64,000 bases of DNA from an uncultured Phycisphaerales bacterium (GCA_963755915.1 CAVWLP010000002.1:3296001-3360000), one strand, 5' to 3'; shown: positions 32,593-43,314, counted from the first letter of the stretch. Translations and numbers: made by a program. Notes: generated by a model from the letters alone, not told the origin.

Positions 32593-33504
32593 ATGAACGA
32601 ATCGTTACGAACCGCCCTGACCCGCCTTCGGCTTTCGGGCTTGGCCTCCACCTTGGACGTGCGCTTGCAGGAAGCCGCCGGCCATCAGCTTTCCCACGGC
32701 GAGTTTTTGGAACTGGTGCTTCAGGATGAATTGCTCATTCGCAATGAACGCCTGATCGCCCGGCGCGTCAAGATCGCGGGCTTTCGGGAACTCAAGACCC
32801 TCGACGAGTTCGACTTTTCCTTCAACTCGTCGGTCAAACGCAAGCAGATCTTCGAGCTGGCAACCGGCCGGTTCATCCGCGAGGCGCGGGATGTCTTGCT
32901 GATCGGGCCGCCGGGTCTGGGAAAAAGTCACATCGCCCAGGCACTGGGATACCAAGCCATCAAGAACGGATCGGTCGTGCTTTACCGCTCGATCTTCGAC
33001 GTGGTGCGCGACTTCCTGCACGATGAGGCCCTCAACCAGCAGGACAAAATCATGGAGCGGTATCTCCGGCCCGATCTGCTCATCATCGACGATATGGGCA
33101 TGAAGCAATTGCCCAAACGCTCCGGCGAATATCTCTTCGAGATCATCATGCGGCGTTACCAGGTTCGCTCCACCATGATGACCAGCAACCGGCCGCTCGA
33201 AGACTGGGGCAAATTGATCGGCGACGTACCGGCCGCCACGGCAATCCTCGATCGCTTCCTGCACAACGCCGAGGTGATCGCGATCACCGGCAGAAGCTAT
33301 CGGTTGCGAGACCGTGCCGCGGAGGCGAAGCCTACCGCTGAAAGCATCGAATCCACCAAACCGCGAGGACGCCGGAGTACCGGCGGCGATGAAGGGCTTT
33401 CCCCTCCGGAAGACACCGATGCCAGAAAGCCATTGTCTTCTGGCGTGGGGGTTCAGCCTGCCGAAGCGGCCTCGCCGGTAGTCAACAACTCGGCGTCAAT
33501 TTGA
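32593..33504 (+). CDS. istB: IS21 ATPase IstB
   Basis: Same protein as copy 1. Confidence 0.95.
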   Translation: MNESLRTALTRLRLSGLASTLDVRLQEAAGHQLSHGEFLELVLQDELLIRNERLIARRVKIAGFRELKTLDEFDFSFNSSVKRKQIFELATGRFIREARDVLLIGPPGLGKSHIAQALGYQAIKNGSVVLYRSIFDVVRDFLHDEALNQQDKIMERYLRPDLLIIDDMGMKQLPKRSGEYLFEIIMRRYQVRSTMMTSNRPLEDWGKLIGDVPAATAILDRFLHNAEVIAITGRSYRLRDRAAEAKPTAESIESTKPRGRRSTGGDEGLSPPEDTDARKPLSSGVGVQPAEAASPVVNNSASI

Positions 33505-33698
33505 AATGGGACGGTCGATTGCGATATATCGGACGTGGTGGCATTTGATCCGATGATCGGTGGTGGCATTTGAAGTGATGACTGACACCAGCAGCCACCG
33601 CCAATCCGGCGAAAACGCCCTAAAAGGTTGCACGAACCACCCCAATAACGCCTACAACGGTAGAAACCTGTTCGGGGGTGAAACTAGCAAAATACTGA

Positions 33699-33848
33699 AA
33701 AACTGAACACATTTTTCGCGCTTTGCCACGCCTCCACCGGCGCAACACCCACAATTAATTACCCTGCAAGTAAATACATCACATCAAAAAGCTAACATAT
33801 ACTAACCAAAATCTAAAAAGTGTTCAGTTTTGTTCAGTTCTGTTCAGT
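33699..33848. repeat. AT-rich segment with inverted repeats and a 10-bp-period TGTTCAGT array
   Basis: AAAACTGAACACATTTTT (33699-33716) is inverted relative to AAAAAGTGTTCAGTTTT (33815-33831); TGTTCAGT occurs at 33821, 33831 and 33841. Confidence 0.7.
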
Positions 33849-33862
33849 GGGGCTTCCGCCCT

Positions 33863-34258
33863 CTATTTCTCTTCCCAAGCGACTCGTTTCGCATCCCCCC
33901 AGAGGTTTTCCAGGTCGTAATACATCTGCGCATCGTGGTTAAATACATGCACCACCACATCCACATAATCCACAGCAATCCAGGTCTCCCCCTCGTATCC
34001 CGAGCGATGAAAGCTCGGGAATCCCATCTTCTCAGCCAGCTCGTCGATCTCATCACAGACGCTGCGCATTTGCCGGGCGCTGGTGCCGGTGGCGATGACG
34101 TAAAAATCCGTGAGGGGAGAGACCCCGGCCATGTCGAGAACGACCACGCCATGGCAGCGCGTGTTCTTCGCCAGCCGGGCGGCTTCTATGGCGAACTTTC
34201 GGGATGCTTCGAGGCGCTGGGCCTCGGTTTGCGGCTTGGTTGCCGCGGCCTCCGCTAC
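33863..34258 (-). CDS. rsfS: Ribosome silencing factor RsfS (Iojap)
   Basis: VVVLDMAGVSPLTDFYVIATGTSARQM, WIAVDYVDVVVHVF, YYDLENLWGD. The frame extends upstream to a GTA codon at 34258 after SD GGAAGG. Confidence 0.93.
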   Translation of the reverse strand, partial: VAEAAATKPQTEAQRLEASRKFAIEAARLAKNTRCHGVVVLDMAGVSPLTDFYVIATGTSARQMRSVCDEIDELAEKMGFPSFHRSGYEGETWIAVDYVDVVVHVFNHDAQMYYDLENLWGDAKRVAWEEK

Positions 34259-34269
34259 TGTTTCCCTTC

Positions 34270-35163
34270 CTATGACACACCAACCTTTCTCAAATGTATT
34301 TCTATCACTTCCGCCGGACAGAACAAGCGGATTGGAATCGACGAAAACCCCAGTCCCCGGTTAACGATGAGCCATGATCCGCCCCAGCGATTGATGCCGC
34401 CGATGAACTGTGCCGGGAGGGAATCGTGGCGGATGATGGGACGCCGGCCGGGGAGACAGACCTGTCCGCCGTGCGTGTGGCCGGCCAGATAAAGGTCGGC
34501 ATTGAGGAACTGCGTTTTGCGGATCAGGTCGGGGAAATGCGAAAGCAGGATTCGCAGCGTCTGCGGTTTTTTGGGGCCGAGCGAATGGAGAAAGACCGGG
34601 TCGAGATCGGTGCGTTCGACGCCGGCGATGCCGATGAGTTCAATCGTCGCGGAGCCGGAATGTATGGCGAGGCATTTGTGTTCAACGAGCGTGAGATTCA
34701 GGCTTGCGAGTGGGGGGCCGAGGAGATCGCCGTCGTGGTTGCCGAGGATGGTGACGAAACCGAGGCGGGCTTCCAGGGAATTCACCAGCCGGCGGGCGAT
34801 GGGGAGCTGGAGACGCGAGTCGTGCTTGTCGTCGACGAAATCGCCGGTGTGGACGATGAGGTCGGGGGGGTTGGATTTTACGCGGGAGATGAGGTCGTCA
34901 TACGCATCGTCCCAAGTTCGGCGGGCGTGGATGTCGGTGATGTGGAGGATTCGGAAGCCTTCGAGATCGTCGGGGAGATTGGGGACGGGGAGCTGGACAT
35001 CCGTCCATTCGAAGCCCTTGGCGGTGAAGAGCTGGAGATTTGGGCCGACATGGTCGGGGCGGATGATTGCTTTCAGGCCCTCACCCCGTCCCTCTCCCGG
35101 AGTACCGGGCGAGGGGGTAGGTCGGGGGGAAGGGGAGGGGGGTTCGACGGTCGTGGTTCTCAA
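34270..35163 (-). CDS. Calcineurin-like metallophosphoesterase
   Basis: TDIH, TGDFVD, LGNHD, SHFPD and GHTHGGQ. Confidence 0.93.
   Translation of the reverse strand: MRTTTVEPPSPSPRPTPSPGTPGEGRGEGLKAIIRPDHVGPNLQLFTAKGFEWTDVQLPVPNLPDDLEGFRILHITDIHARRTWDDAYDDLISRVKSNPPDLIVHTGDFVDDKHDSRLQLPIARRLVNSLEARLGFVTILGNHDGDLLGPPLASLNLTLVEHKCLAIHSGSATIELIGIAGVERTDLDPVFLHSLGPKKPQTLRILLSHFPDLIRKTQFLNADLYLAGHTHGGQVCLPGRRPIIRHDSLPAQFIGGINRWGGSWLIVNRGLGFSSIPIRLFCPAEVIEIHLRKVGVS
35075..35119. repeat. REP-like palindromic repeat, copy 1
   Basis: AGGCCCTCACCCCGTCCCTCTCCCGGAGTACCGGGCGAGGGGGTA; near-identical copy at 44619. Confidence 0.8.
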
Positions 35164-35311
35164 ATCGGCTTCACCTTGCGATTTGCGGGTTGGATGCGAT
35201 AAAATGATGCCTCGAATATAAGTACGCGCTCCCCTACAAGAGTGTCACGCTCCGCTGGGGGGGTCGCGGCTAAACGACAGATACCCTCCCATTGGTAGCC
35301 GGTCGGTTAAG

Positions 35312-35767
35312 ATGAATCAACCGCAATTTTCAAAAGCGCTGGTTTACGGGCTATATATAAATGCCGCGTTATTGGTGGCGATTTTTGCCGCTCTGCTCAC
35401 CCGCGGCCGGTTGGGCAGCGAGCTGGCGTTGGGACAGGCGGCTGGGGACGCTCCGCCGATCGCGGGAGGGGGCGGCATATACGTTATGCCTTGCCAGCTT
35501 CATCCGGAGATTTGGGGATGCTATCTGCTGGATACGCAGCGGCAAACGCTGTGCGTGTATGAATATAGGGCTGGGGAAAAGGCGCTGGTTTTGTCGGCGG
35601 CGCGGAATTTCGGTTATGATTTGGACCTAAAGAACTATAATACGTTTCCGGCCTGGTATGATATCCAGAAGGCGGTGCAGGACGCGGTCGCGGGCCAGAA
35701 TCAGCAGAAGAATGAATCGCAGCTTCCCCCACTGGCCCCGAGTGGGCCGGGTGATAACAATCCATAG
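35312..35767 (+). CDS. Hypothetical membrane-anchored protein
   Basis: N-terminal TM helix followed by a beta-rich segment (WGCYLLDTQRQTLCVYEY...ARNFGYD). Confidence 0.75.
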   Translation: MNQPQFSKALVYGLYINAALLVAIFAALLTRGRLGSELALGQAAGDAPPIAGGGGIYVMPCQLHPEIWGCYLLDTQRQTLCVYEYRAGEKALVLSAARNFGYDLDLKNYNTFPAWYDIQKAVQDAVAGQNQQKNESQLPPLAPSGPGDNNP

Positions 35768-35808
35768 AGGTTTGCCGCCTGACGAGTTCGTCTAGAGGAG
35801 TTTTGGTT

Positions 35809-36927
35809 ATGGCAAAGATGTTTTACACGCTTGACGAGGCCAAGACGGTGCTCGGCAAGAACGAAGAGGAAATCAAGCAATACACGCGCGAGGGGCGACT
35901 TCGGGAATTCCGGGATGGGCCGCGGTTTATGTACAAGGCCGACCAGGTGGAAGCGCTTAAGGCGGAGTTGGCTGGAGGAGATCCGGTTGATCTCGGGGCT
36001 TCCGACAGCGGGGCGGCAATTGGATTGGCGGACAGCAGGGGGATTGGGAGCGGGATCAGCAGCGGACTGGGAAGCGCAATGGGGAGCGGCATCGGCAGCG
36101 GCGCGACGAGCCCGGGGAGTGGAATCCCCAGTGGAATCGGCAGCGGCGTGGGAAGCGGATTGGGAAGCGGCTTGAGCGGAACGGGATCGGGGCTGAGCCT
36201 TGTTGACACCGAAAGCGGGCGAGCCGGATCGTCAGCGGGGGGGATGTCCTTGAAAGAAGATACCGCTCTGGCGGCGGATCTGGGGCTGTCGGGATCGGTG
36301 GGGGGCGTGCCTTCGCCGGCGGCTCGGTCTGGAGGAAGCGGGACGGGTCTTTCGGGGTCGCAGGGGAGCCGTCCGGGCGTGGATGTGTTTCAGAATGATG
36401 AAGTCGAGCGCGTGGACCCATCGGCCCAGACGGCGATTGCGCCGGGGATCGCCGATGTTCCATCGGAAGGCGTGGGGTCGGGATCGGGCCTGCTGGACCT
36501 GACGCGCGAGAGCGATGACACGTCGCTTGGTGCGGAGCTTCTGGATGAAATTGCGCCTGGAGGAACGGCGGCCGGACGGCGGATGCCGGGCGAGACAGGT
36601 GTTGCATCTGCGGCGGGAACGGCGGCGGGGAAAGTGGTTGAAATTCGAGGGACACTGGGCGGTGCGCAGGCGGCCCGGGTGACCACAGTTGCGGTGGAAG
36701 AGGAGCCGGACCCGATGTCGCCCGCGTTTGGGGCGGCAGCGCTGGGGGCGGCGCTGGTGGCACTGTTTGGAGCTTATGCGCTGATTTCAGGAGTCCTCGA
36801 AACCAACGCCGACATCCTGCAGAACGCGGGGAAATATGGGTTCATTGGCGTGGCTGCGGGGGGTTTGGCGGTGACGCTGGTTTTCTTTGTCGTGGGACTG
36901 ATCATCGGGAAGACGACGACGAGGTAA
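35809..36927 (+). CDS. N-terminal HTH (MerR/excisionase-like) + Gly/Ser low-complexity linker + two C-terminal TM helices
   Basis: FYTLDEAKTVLG...GRLREFRDG...YKADQVEAL, GSG repeats and two hydrophobic helices at the C-terminus. Confidence 0.8.
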   Translation: MAKMFYTLDEAKTVLGKNEEEIKQYTREGRLREFRDGPRFMYKADQVEALKAELAGGDPVDLGASDSGAAIGLADSRGIGSGISSGLGSAMGSGIGSGATSPGSGIPSGIGSGVGSGLGSGLSGTGSGLSLVDTESGRAGSSAGGMSLKEDTALAADLGLSGSVGGVPSPAARSGGSGTGLSGSQGSRPGVDVFQNDEVERVDPSAQTAIAPGIADVPSEGVGSGSGLLDLTRESDDTSLGAELLDEIAPGGTAAGRRMPGETGVASAAGTAAGKVVEIRGTLGGAQAARVTTVAVEEEPDPMSPAFGAAALGAALVALFGAYALISGVLETNADILQNAGKYGFIGVAAGGLAVTLVFFVVGLIIGKTTTR

Positions 36928-37094
36928 GGCGCAGAATTTTCATTGCCAGCGCAAAATTCGCATGAATTGTCTGCGCAGCCTCTTGCAAAACTTTAATTTT
37001 TTGGCAGAATCCGTCGCCAACGGGCGTATTTCAGCGGAAAAAGAGAGATTTTCCCGGGCACGCTCAAAAAATTAAATCGCATGGAGGCTCACTC

Positions 37095-38006
37095 ATGGCA
37101 AGGACGCTCAAGTGGCTCGGATTAGCCGCACTCGCCTTTTCACTCACCGGTTGCGTATCCGCAGAACAATACAACGGAATGAAGCTCAGCCGCGATCAGG
37201 CGCTGCAGCAGGCTGACCAGGCTGAGGCCGACGCGCGAAGTGCGCGGTCGCAGGCGGACGCTTATAAGGCGCAGCTCGATTCGATTGCGAATTCCGGCAA
37301 CACACAGCAGGCGATGCTGGCGAATTATTCGCAGCAGGTCGCGGGTTTGCAGGCGCAGAACGCGGCCATTACCCAGAAATATGAGGATTTGCTGAATCGT
37401 CCGCCGCAGGTGGTGGAGATGGGCGAGCGTGCGTTGCCGCCGGATTTGAGCAATGCGCTGACCGAGTTTGCCAATGAGAATCCGGACATCGTGACGTTTG
37501 ACGCCGCGCGGGGCGTGGTCAAATTCAAGAGCGATGTGACGTTTGCATCGGGCAGCACGGACCTGAATGAGCGGGCGGTTGGGACGCTGCAGAGGTTTTC
37601 GGAGATTTTGAATTCGCCGCAGGCGGTTGGATATGAGCTGATGGTGGCAGGGCATACGGATAATCAGCGCGTGACCCGGCAGACGACGATCGACGCGGGG
37701 AATTTTGACAATTGGTATCTGTCAGCGCATCGGGCGATTTCGGTGGCGGCGGAGCTGGTGAAGAACGGGGTGAATCGCGGACGCCTGGGCGTGGCGGGAT
37801 ACGCAGATCAGCAGCCGATCGCGTCGAATTCGTCGGCGGCGGGGCGAGCCGAGAACCGACGCGTTGAGATCGTCATTCTGCCGACGCATGCTCGGGGAGG
37901 GACGATGACCAGTGAGGCGCCGGCCTCGGATCGCGTGAGCGCGCGGCCGCTGGATAAGGATTCGGTGACAGCGTCCACCGATCAGCGGGCGATTTTGTCA
38001 AAGTAG
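37095..38006 (+). CDS. OmpA/MotB-family peptidoglycan-binding lipoprotein
   Basis: Lipobox LTGC, coiled coil, FASGS, VAGHTDN, NWYLSAHRA and GRAENRRVEI. Confidence 0.9.
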   Translation: MARTLKWLGLAALAFSLTGCVSAEQYNGMKLSRDQALQQADQAEADARSARSQADAYKAQLDSIANSGNTQQAMLANYSQQVAGLQAQNAAITQKYEDLLNRPPQVVEMGERALPPDLSNALTEFANENPDIVTFDAARGVVKFKSDVTFASGSTDLNERAVGTLQRFSEILNSPQAVGYELMVAGHTDNQRVTRQTTIDAGNFDNWYLSAHRAISVAAELVKNGVNRGRLGVAGYADQQPIASNSSAAGRAENRRVEIVILPTHARGGTMTSEAPASDRVSARPLDKDSVTASTDQRAILSK

Positions 38007-38222
38007 TTATTGCGAGCAATTAGACCCACGGCCTGCATTTTCTCTCTCCGCATCGCCTCGTCGCATCGCAACGGCGGGGCGATTTTATTTGGGTGGCGAA
38101 TGAAATTCCGGGGGGAACGGGCCGGGGACGGCCCGGCTCTTCAGAGAAGTGAGCGCTGTCTGTTTTTGTGTGGTAGTCGGCAAATGTTGCTTGCGTTCGT
38201 CCGATAACCCTTTATACTGCGG

Positions 38223-40633
38223 TTGTCGGTCAGGATGACCGTCGGAATTGACAAAGGCAGGGATGCCCATGTCCAACTCTCTGTCCCACTCCCGCGCAGC
38301 CGCTCTGCCAGCCAGCGATTTTCACAGCTTTGGCAGCTTCCGCTTTTTGTTCTGTCGATCGGGCTGTTCATTTACGCGGGGTATCTGTTCATCAGTCCTG
38401 GGCCGGGGGCGACCATCGATCAGAAGATCCAGGTGGCGCGGGATTATCTGAAAGACAATCGTCCCAACGCGGCGCTTCAGCAGCTTTCGCGGATTTTGGA
38501 TTCGGAGAAACCGGAGCCCCTAAAGGAGGGGGAGATTCATTACCTCATCGCGCAGGCGCTGGAGGCCGGGCAGACGCTGGAGAAGATCCAGGTTCCGGCG
38601 AACTACCAGCGGATCATCGAGCAGACGGAAATCGCGGTGGAGATGGGGGTGAAGCCGGACGCGGACATGCACCGGCGGCTGGGGGACAGCTATGCGGCGC
38701 TGGGCCACGACGACGAGGCGGCGGACAACTATCGGCAGGCGATCGCGATGGATCCGCATCAATCGCTGGCGCTGCGGCGGAAATTGATCGAGCTGGAATT
38801 GTCGAATGACGATCCGGCGAACGCGGATGCGTCGCTGGAGGATTATCTCAAGCAGCCAGGGCTTACGGATTCAGAGAGTGCGTGGGCGCTGGATCAGCGG
38901 GCGGGGATTCTGATTGATCGCAAACAGTTTGCCGATGCGCGCAAGCTACTGGGGGATGCGGCGCGGCTTGATGCTGATCCGGTGGATCAGGGAACGTTTA
39001 ACTATCAGCTTGGATATTGCTCTTATCGGGAGGGGTTGCCGGATGATGCGGAGCGATATCTGCGGCTGGCGCGCGATCAGCTTCGGGTGAGCCATCCGCT
39101 CGACGCGGACGCGGCGTATTACCTGGGGCGGATTTACGAGGAGCGTGGCGACGCCGCCAACGCGATTTCTTTTTACCAGGACATTCTGGACACGCATCCG
39201 GAATCGAAGCCTGCGCCGCTAGCGCTGCTGGGTCGGGGGCTTTGCCGGGTCATGTCGGGGCAAACGGACGGGGGATTGCAGGATTTCCATGACGTGGTGG
39301 CGCAGATCGACCGGCGGGCGTCGCGGACAAAGTATAAGCCTGAAGCGATCGGCACGTTTCGCGAAGCTGGGGAAGTGCTGACACAGGCGCAGGATTATCA
39401 ATCGGCGCTGGAGGTGATTCAGGACGAGCAGGACCTGCAAGCGACGCCGCCTCCGGGTTTTTACGCGCGCCTGGGGGAATTGTGCGAGCGGCGGGCGGAT
39501 CAGATTGAGGCGACGCTTCCGGATGCCGGTCCCGTGGAGAAGATTCACCGGACGCAGCAAGTTTCGGCGCTGCTGAATAAGGCGGGGGATGCCTACGTGG
39601 AATATTCGCACCAGCTTACGCTGCTGGATGATCATGGGTATTCCGATGCGCTGTGGAAGGGGGTTGATCTCTACGATCAGGCGGGGAATCTTCAAGCGGC
39701 GATTGCAGCGCTGGAGCTTTTCGTGGCCGAGCGTCCGAGCGATCGGATGGCGCCCGATGCGCTGCTTCGGCTGGGCCAGGCGTATCAGGCCGCGGGGATG
39801 TTCGACAAGGCGATTGGGGCGTTTCAGCGGCTTCAACTCGAATATTTCAAATCGCTGGCCGCGAGCAAGGCAGCGGTTCCGTTGGCGGAGGCGTATATCG
39901 CCAAGGGGCCGACGATGTATGGGCGGGCGGAGAATACTTTGTTGAGCGTCGTCGAAAATAATCCGCTGGTGGACCCGAACGCGGAGGAATTCAGGCAATC
40001 TTTGCGAGGGTTGGCACAGCTTTACTACCGCACGGGGCGCTATGAAGAGGCGATCGCCCGGCTTCAGGAATTGACGCAACGGTATCCCACCGACGAGCAG
40101 AAGGCGCAGATGGTTTTCCTGATGGCGGACAGCTACCGGAAAAGCGCCGGGCTGCTGGATGCGAAGCTTGCGTCGCGCAAACGTCGCCCGGGGCGGTGGC
40201 GGCGCAGGTTGCGGAAGCTGCGGCGGCGAAGCGCGACCGGCTTACCAAAGCGCGCAGTCTGTTCGACGATGTGATCGACATGTATCGGGCAAATGCTCCG
40301 ACAGACGACACGGACAAGCTTTACCAGAAGCTCTCGTATTTTTATCGCGCCGATTGCATGTACGACCTGGGGAATTACGAGGACGCGATCAAGCTCTACG
40401 ACTCGGCGGCGTTCAGCTATCAGGATGATCCTTCTAGCGTGGCGGCGTATGTGCAGATCGTGAACGCCTACTTTGCCCTGGGCAAACCCGAGGAGGCCAA
40501 GGCGGCCAACAACCGGGCCAAGTGGATGCTCCAGCATATGCCGCCCGAGGCGTTCACGGATGGTACGTTTTCGATGCCAAAGAAATATTGGGAACAGTGG
40601 CTCCAATGGACGAACGACAGCGGCATGTGGTGA
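38223..40633 (+). CDS. Membrane-anchored tetratricopeptide repeat protein (frameshift ~40180; start uncertain)
   Basis: N-terminal TM and many TPR-like helices (AAYYLGRIYE, ALLRLGQAYQ); the C-terminus continues in ORF 40196..40633. Confidence 0.85.
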
Positions 40634-40648
40634 AATCGCGAGAGACTT

Positions 40649-41092
40649 ATGGAAAACGATCAAATATTGCAGGCGATGAAGCTGGAGCTGGATTGCTATC
40701 GCAGCCTCGCCAAGCTCACCAACACGCAGCACGAGTGCATCCAGAACTCGCGCAGCGCGGAGCTGCTGGCGGTCCTGGGAAAGCGGCAGCAGTTTTTGCG
40801 GGAGATCACGAAGCTTCGGCAGATCAGTGCGGCGGCGCGCAAAAATTGGGCCGAGTTCATCGCGCAATTGCCGCCGGAGCGGCGCACGGAAGCGGAAAGC
40901 CTGCACCTGGAAACGCGGCACCTGATCGAGCAGATCGCGGCGGCCGACCGCGACGACACGCTGGTGATGCAGCAGCGAAAGCTGAACGTGGGAAAGAAGA
41001 TCAACCAGGCGACTTCTGCACGGAAGTTCAACCGCGCGTATGCCGCCGCCGCTTATGGGCAGGGAAAGCCGGGACTGGACATTCATCGTTGA
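40649..41092 (+). CDS. flgN: FlgN-like flagellar export chaperone
   Basis: All-helical 147-aa protein with ELDCYRSL...KRQQFL pattern, upstream of the flagellar operon. Confidence 0.6.
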   Translation: MENDQILQAMKLELDCYRSLAKLTNTQHECIQNSRSAELLAVLGKRQQFLREITKLRQISAAARKNWAEFIAQLPPERRTEAESLHLETRHLIEQIAAADRDDTLVMQQRKLNVGKKINQATSARKFNRAYAAAAYGQGKPGLDIHR

Positions 41093-41097
41093 GATTT

Positions 41098-41921
41098 ATG
41101 GACACGACGACCGACACTCAAACTTCCACCGCCGCCCGCATCGAGGAGCTGGGGGGGATTATCCGCGAGTACAACCATCTCACGGAAAAGTTGCAGCATT
41201 CGCACGCGCAGCTTCAGAAGACGGTTCAATCGCTTCGCAGCGAGCTTTCGGAGAAGAACCGGCAGTTGGAGCGGCGCAAGCGGCTGGCGGCGCTGGGAGA
41301 GATGGCGGCGGGGATGGCGCACGAGATCCGCAATCCGCTGGGGGGAATCGAATTGTACGCGTCGTTACTTTGCGCGATGTGGCGGCGCAGCCGACGTCGC
41401 TGGAGCTGGTGAAGAAGATTTCCACTGGCGTGAAGCGGCTGGAGGCGCTGGTGAGCCAGGTGCTGCAGTTTTCGCGGGAGATTCACACGCAACTTTCGCC
41501 GGTCGATCTTGCGGAGCTTGTCGATCAATCGATCGAGCTTGCCGGTGAGCGGCTGCATGGGGCGATCGGATACGAAGCGCTGGGGCCCCGGCCGATGATT
41601 GTGCCGGTCGATCCGCTGCTGATTGGGCAGGCGGTTTTGAACTTGCTCATCAACGCCATCGAAGCCGTGGGAAGCGCGGGCGTGGTCAGTATCTCGTGGG
41701 CGCCCCATCCACCGGAGCATTTTCGGCTATGCATCCGCGACACGGGGCCGGGGATTTCTCCGGCGGCGCTGGACAAAATTTTCAACCCGTTCTTTACGAC
41801 GAAGGAAGCCGGCACGGGCCTCGGCCTGGCGATCGTTCACCGGATCGTGGAAGCGCACGACGGGACGATCACCGCGGGCAACGCGCCGGACGGTGGGGCG
41901 ATTTTCGAAATCAGGATTTAG
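41098..41921 (+). CDS. Cytoplasmic histidine kinase (coiled coil + HisKA + HATPase; frameshift ~41370)
   Basis: LGEMAAGMAHEIRNPL, NLLINAIEA, DTGPGI and FNPFFTTKEAGTGLGL. Confidence 0.92.
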
Positions 41922-41942
41922 CAAACAGGATCAGGAGACCGC

Positions 41943-43314
41943 ATGGCTCGAATACTTATTGTTGACGATCAGGACATGATGCGAGACTCGCTCGCGCAGT
42001 CACTCGTGCGTGAAGGTCACGAAGTCGTGGCGGCCACGGACGGCTCTGCCGCCGCGGCGCGCCTCGGCGCTGCCCGGTTTGACCTTCTCATCACGGATCT
42101 GCGCATGCCGAAGATGACCGGCCTGGAACTTCTCGCCGAGGCGAAGCGACTGCGCCCAGAGATGCCGGTCGTTTTGATGACGGCGTTCGCGTCGGTGGCA
42201 AATGCCGTCGAGGCGATGAAGCTGGGGGCGTACGACTACATCCAGAAGCCGTTCAACGGGGATGAAATCAAGCTGCTTGTCGACCGGACGCTGGAGCACA
42301 GCCGGCTGCGGCTGGAAAACCAGGCCTATCGCAGCATGACGGAGATCGGCTCGCCACGGCCGCTGGTGGGCGACAGCACGGCGATGCAGCAGGTTCGGAA
42401 TCAGATAGAGCTTGTGGCGCGCAGCAATGCGACGGTGCTTATTCGCGGCGAAAGCGGGACCGGCAAAGAGGTCGTCGCGCGGGCGATCCACCTGGCCTCG
42501 TCGCGGCGCGATCGGCCGATGCTTGCCGTTAACTGCGCGGCGCTTTCGGAAAATCTGCTGGAGTCCGAGCTTTTCGGCCATGAAAAGGGTGCGTTCACTG
42601 GGGCCGACAAGCTTCGTCGCGGGCGATTTGAGCTTGCCGATGGGGGCACGCTGCTTCTGGACGAAATCAGCGAAATTGCGGCGCCGCTTCAGGCGAAGCT
42701 TTTGCGGGTGCTCCAGGAAAGCTGTTTCGAGCGGGTGGGAAGCAGCCTGACGCAGCAGGTGGATGTGCGCGTGATTGCGACGACAAATCGCAATCTCGAG
42801 CGCTGCGTTGAAGAAGGCGATTTCCGGCAGGACTTGTTCTATCGCCTTAACGTGGTGCCGATCGAAATTCCGCCGCTGCGGAATCGGCTGGAGGATATTC
42901 CGGATTTGTCGCGGAATTTCATTCACCAGGCGAGCCGGCGGGAAAAGACGCCGTTCCGGCATATCGAGCCGGAGGCGATTGCGCTGCTTCAGCACTACGA
43001 TTGGCCGGGCAATGTGCGCGAGCTTCAGAACATCATCGAGCGCGCGGTGGTGCTGGAAAGCGAACCGGGGCGTTATCCGATCGCAAACGATTGAGCCGTG
43101 GCTGAAGCGCCAGCATCGGGACGCCAATCGCCGACGGGCTGGCCGGGCGTCCGCTGGCGGACATTGAAAAACAGGTGATCCTCAGCACGCTGCAGCAGTT
43201 CAAGGGGCATCGGGTTCGAACGGCCAGCGCCTGGGCATTGGCGTGCGAACGCTGGGCATGAAGCTGAAGCGCTGGCGCGAAGAAGGAGAGCTCGCCGAGG
43301 CGATTGCACAATGA
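41943..43314 (+). CDS. Sigma-54-dependent response regulator (REC-AAA-Fis HTH; frameshifts in the HTH region)
   Basis: TDLRMP, GESGTGKE, ESELFGHEKGAFTGA, LLLDEI and WPGNVRELQN. The HTH continues out of frame to TGA 43314. Confidence 0.93.

Larger units (their letters stand above)
30817..33587 (+). mobile_element. IS21-family insertion sequence, type A, copy 2 (2771 bp)
   Basis: Same ends and length as 1722..4492; 7-bp target duplication CCAGCAG (30810-30816 and 33588-33594). Confidence 0.95.

Noticed and set aside
33690-33980. Chromosomal origin (oriC)
   Set aside because: No DnaA-box cluster or dnaA/dnaN context; the single near-match TAATCCACA lies inside rsfS.
37095-38006. Calling the OmpA-like gene motB
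   Set aside because: It has a lipobox rather than the MotB TM helix with the conserved Asp, and there is no adjacent motA.
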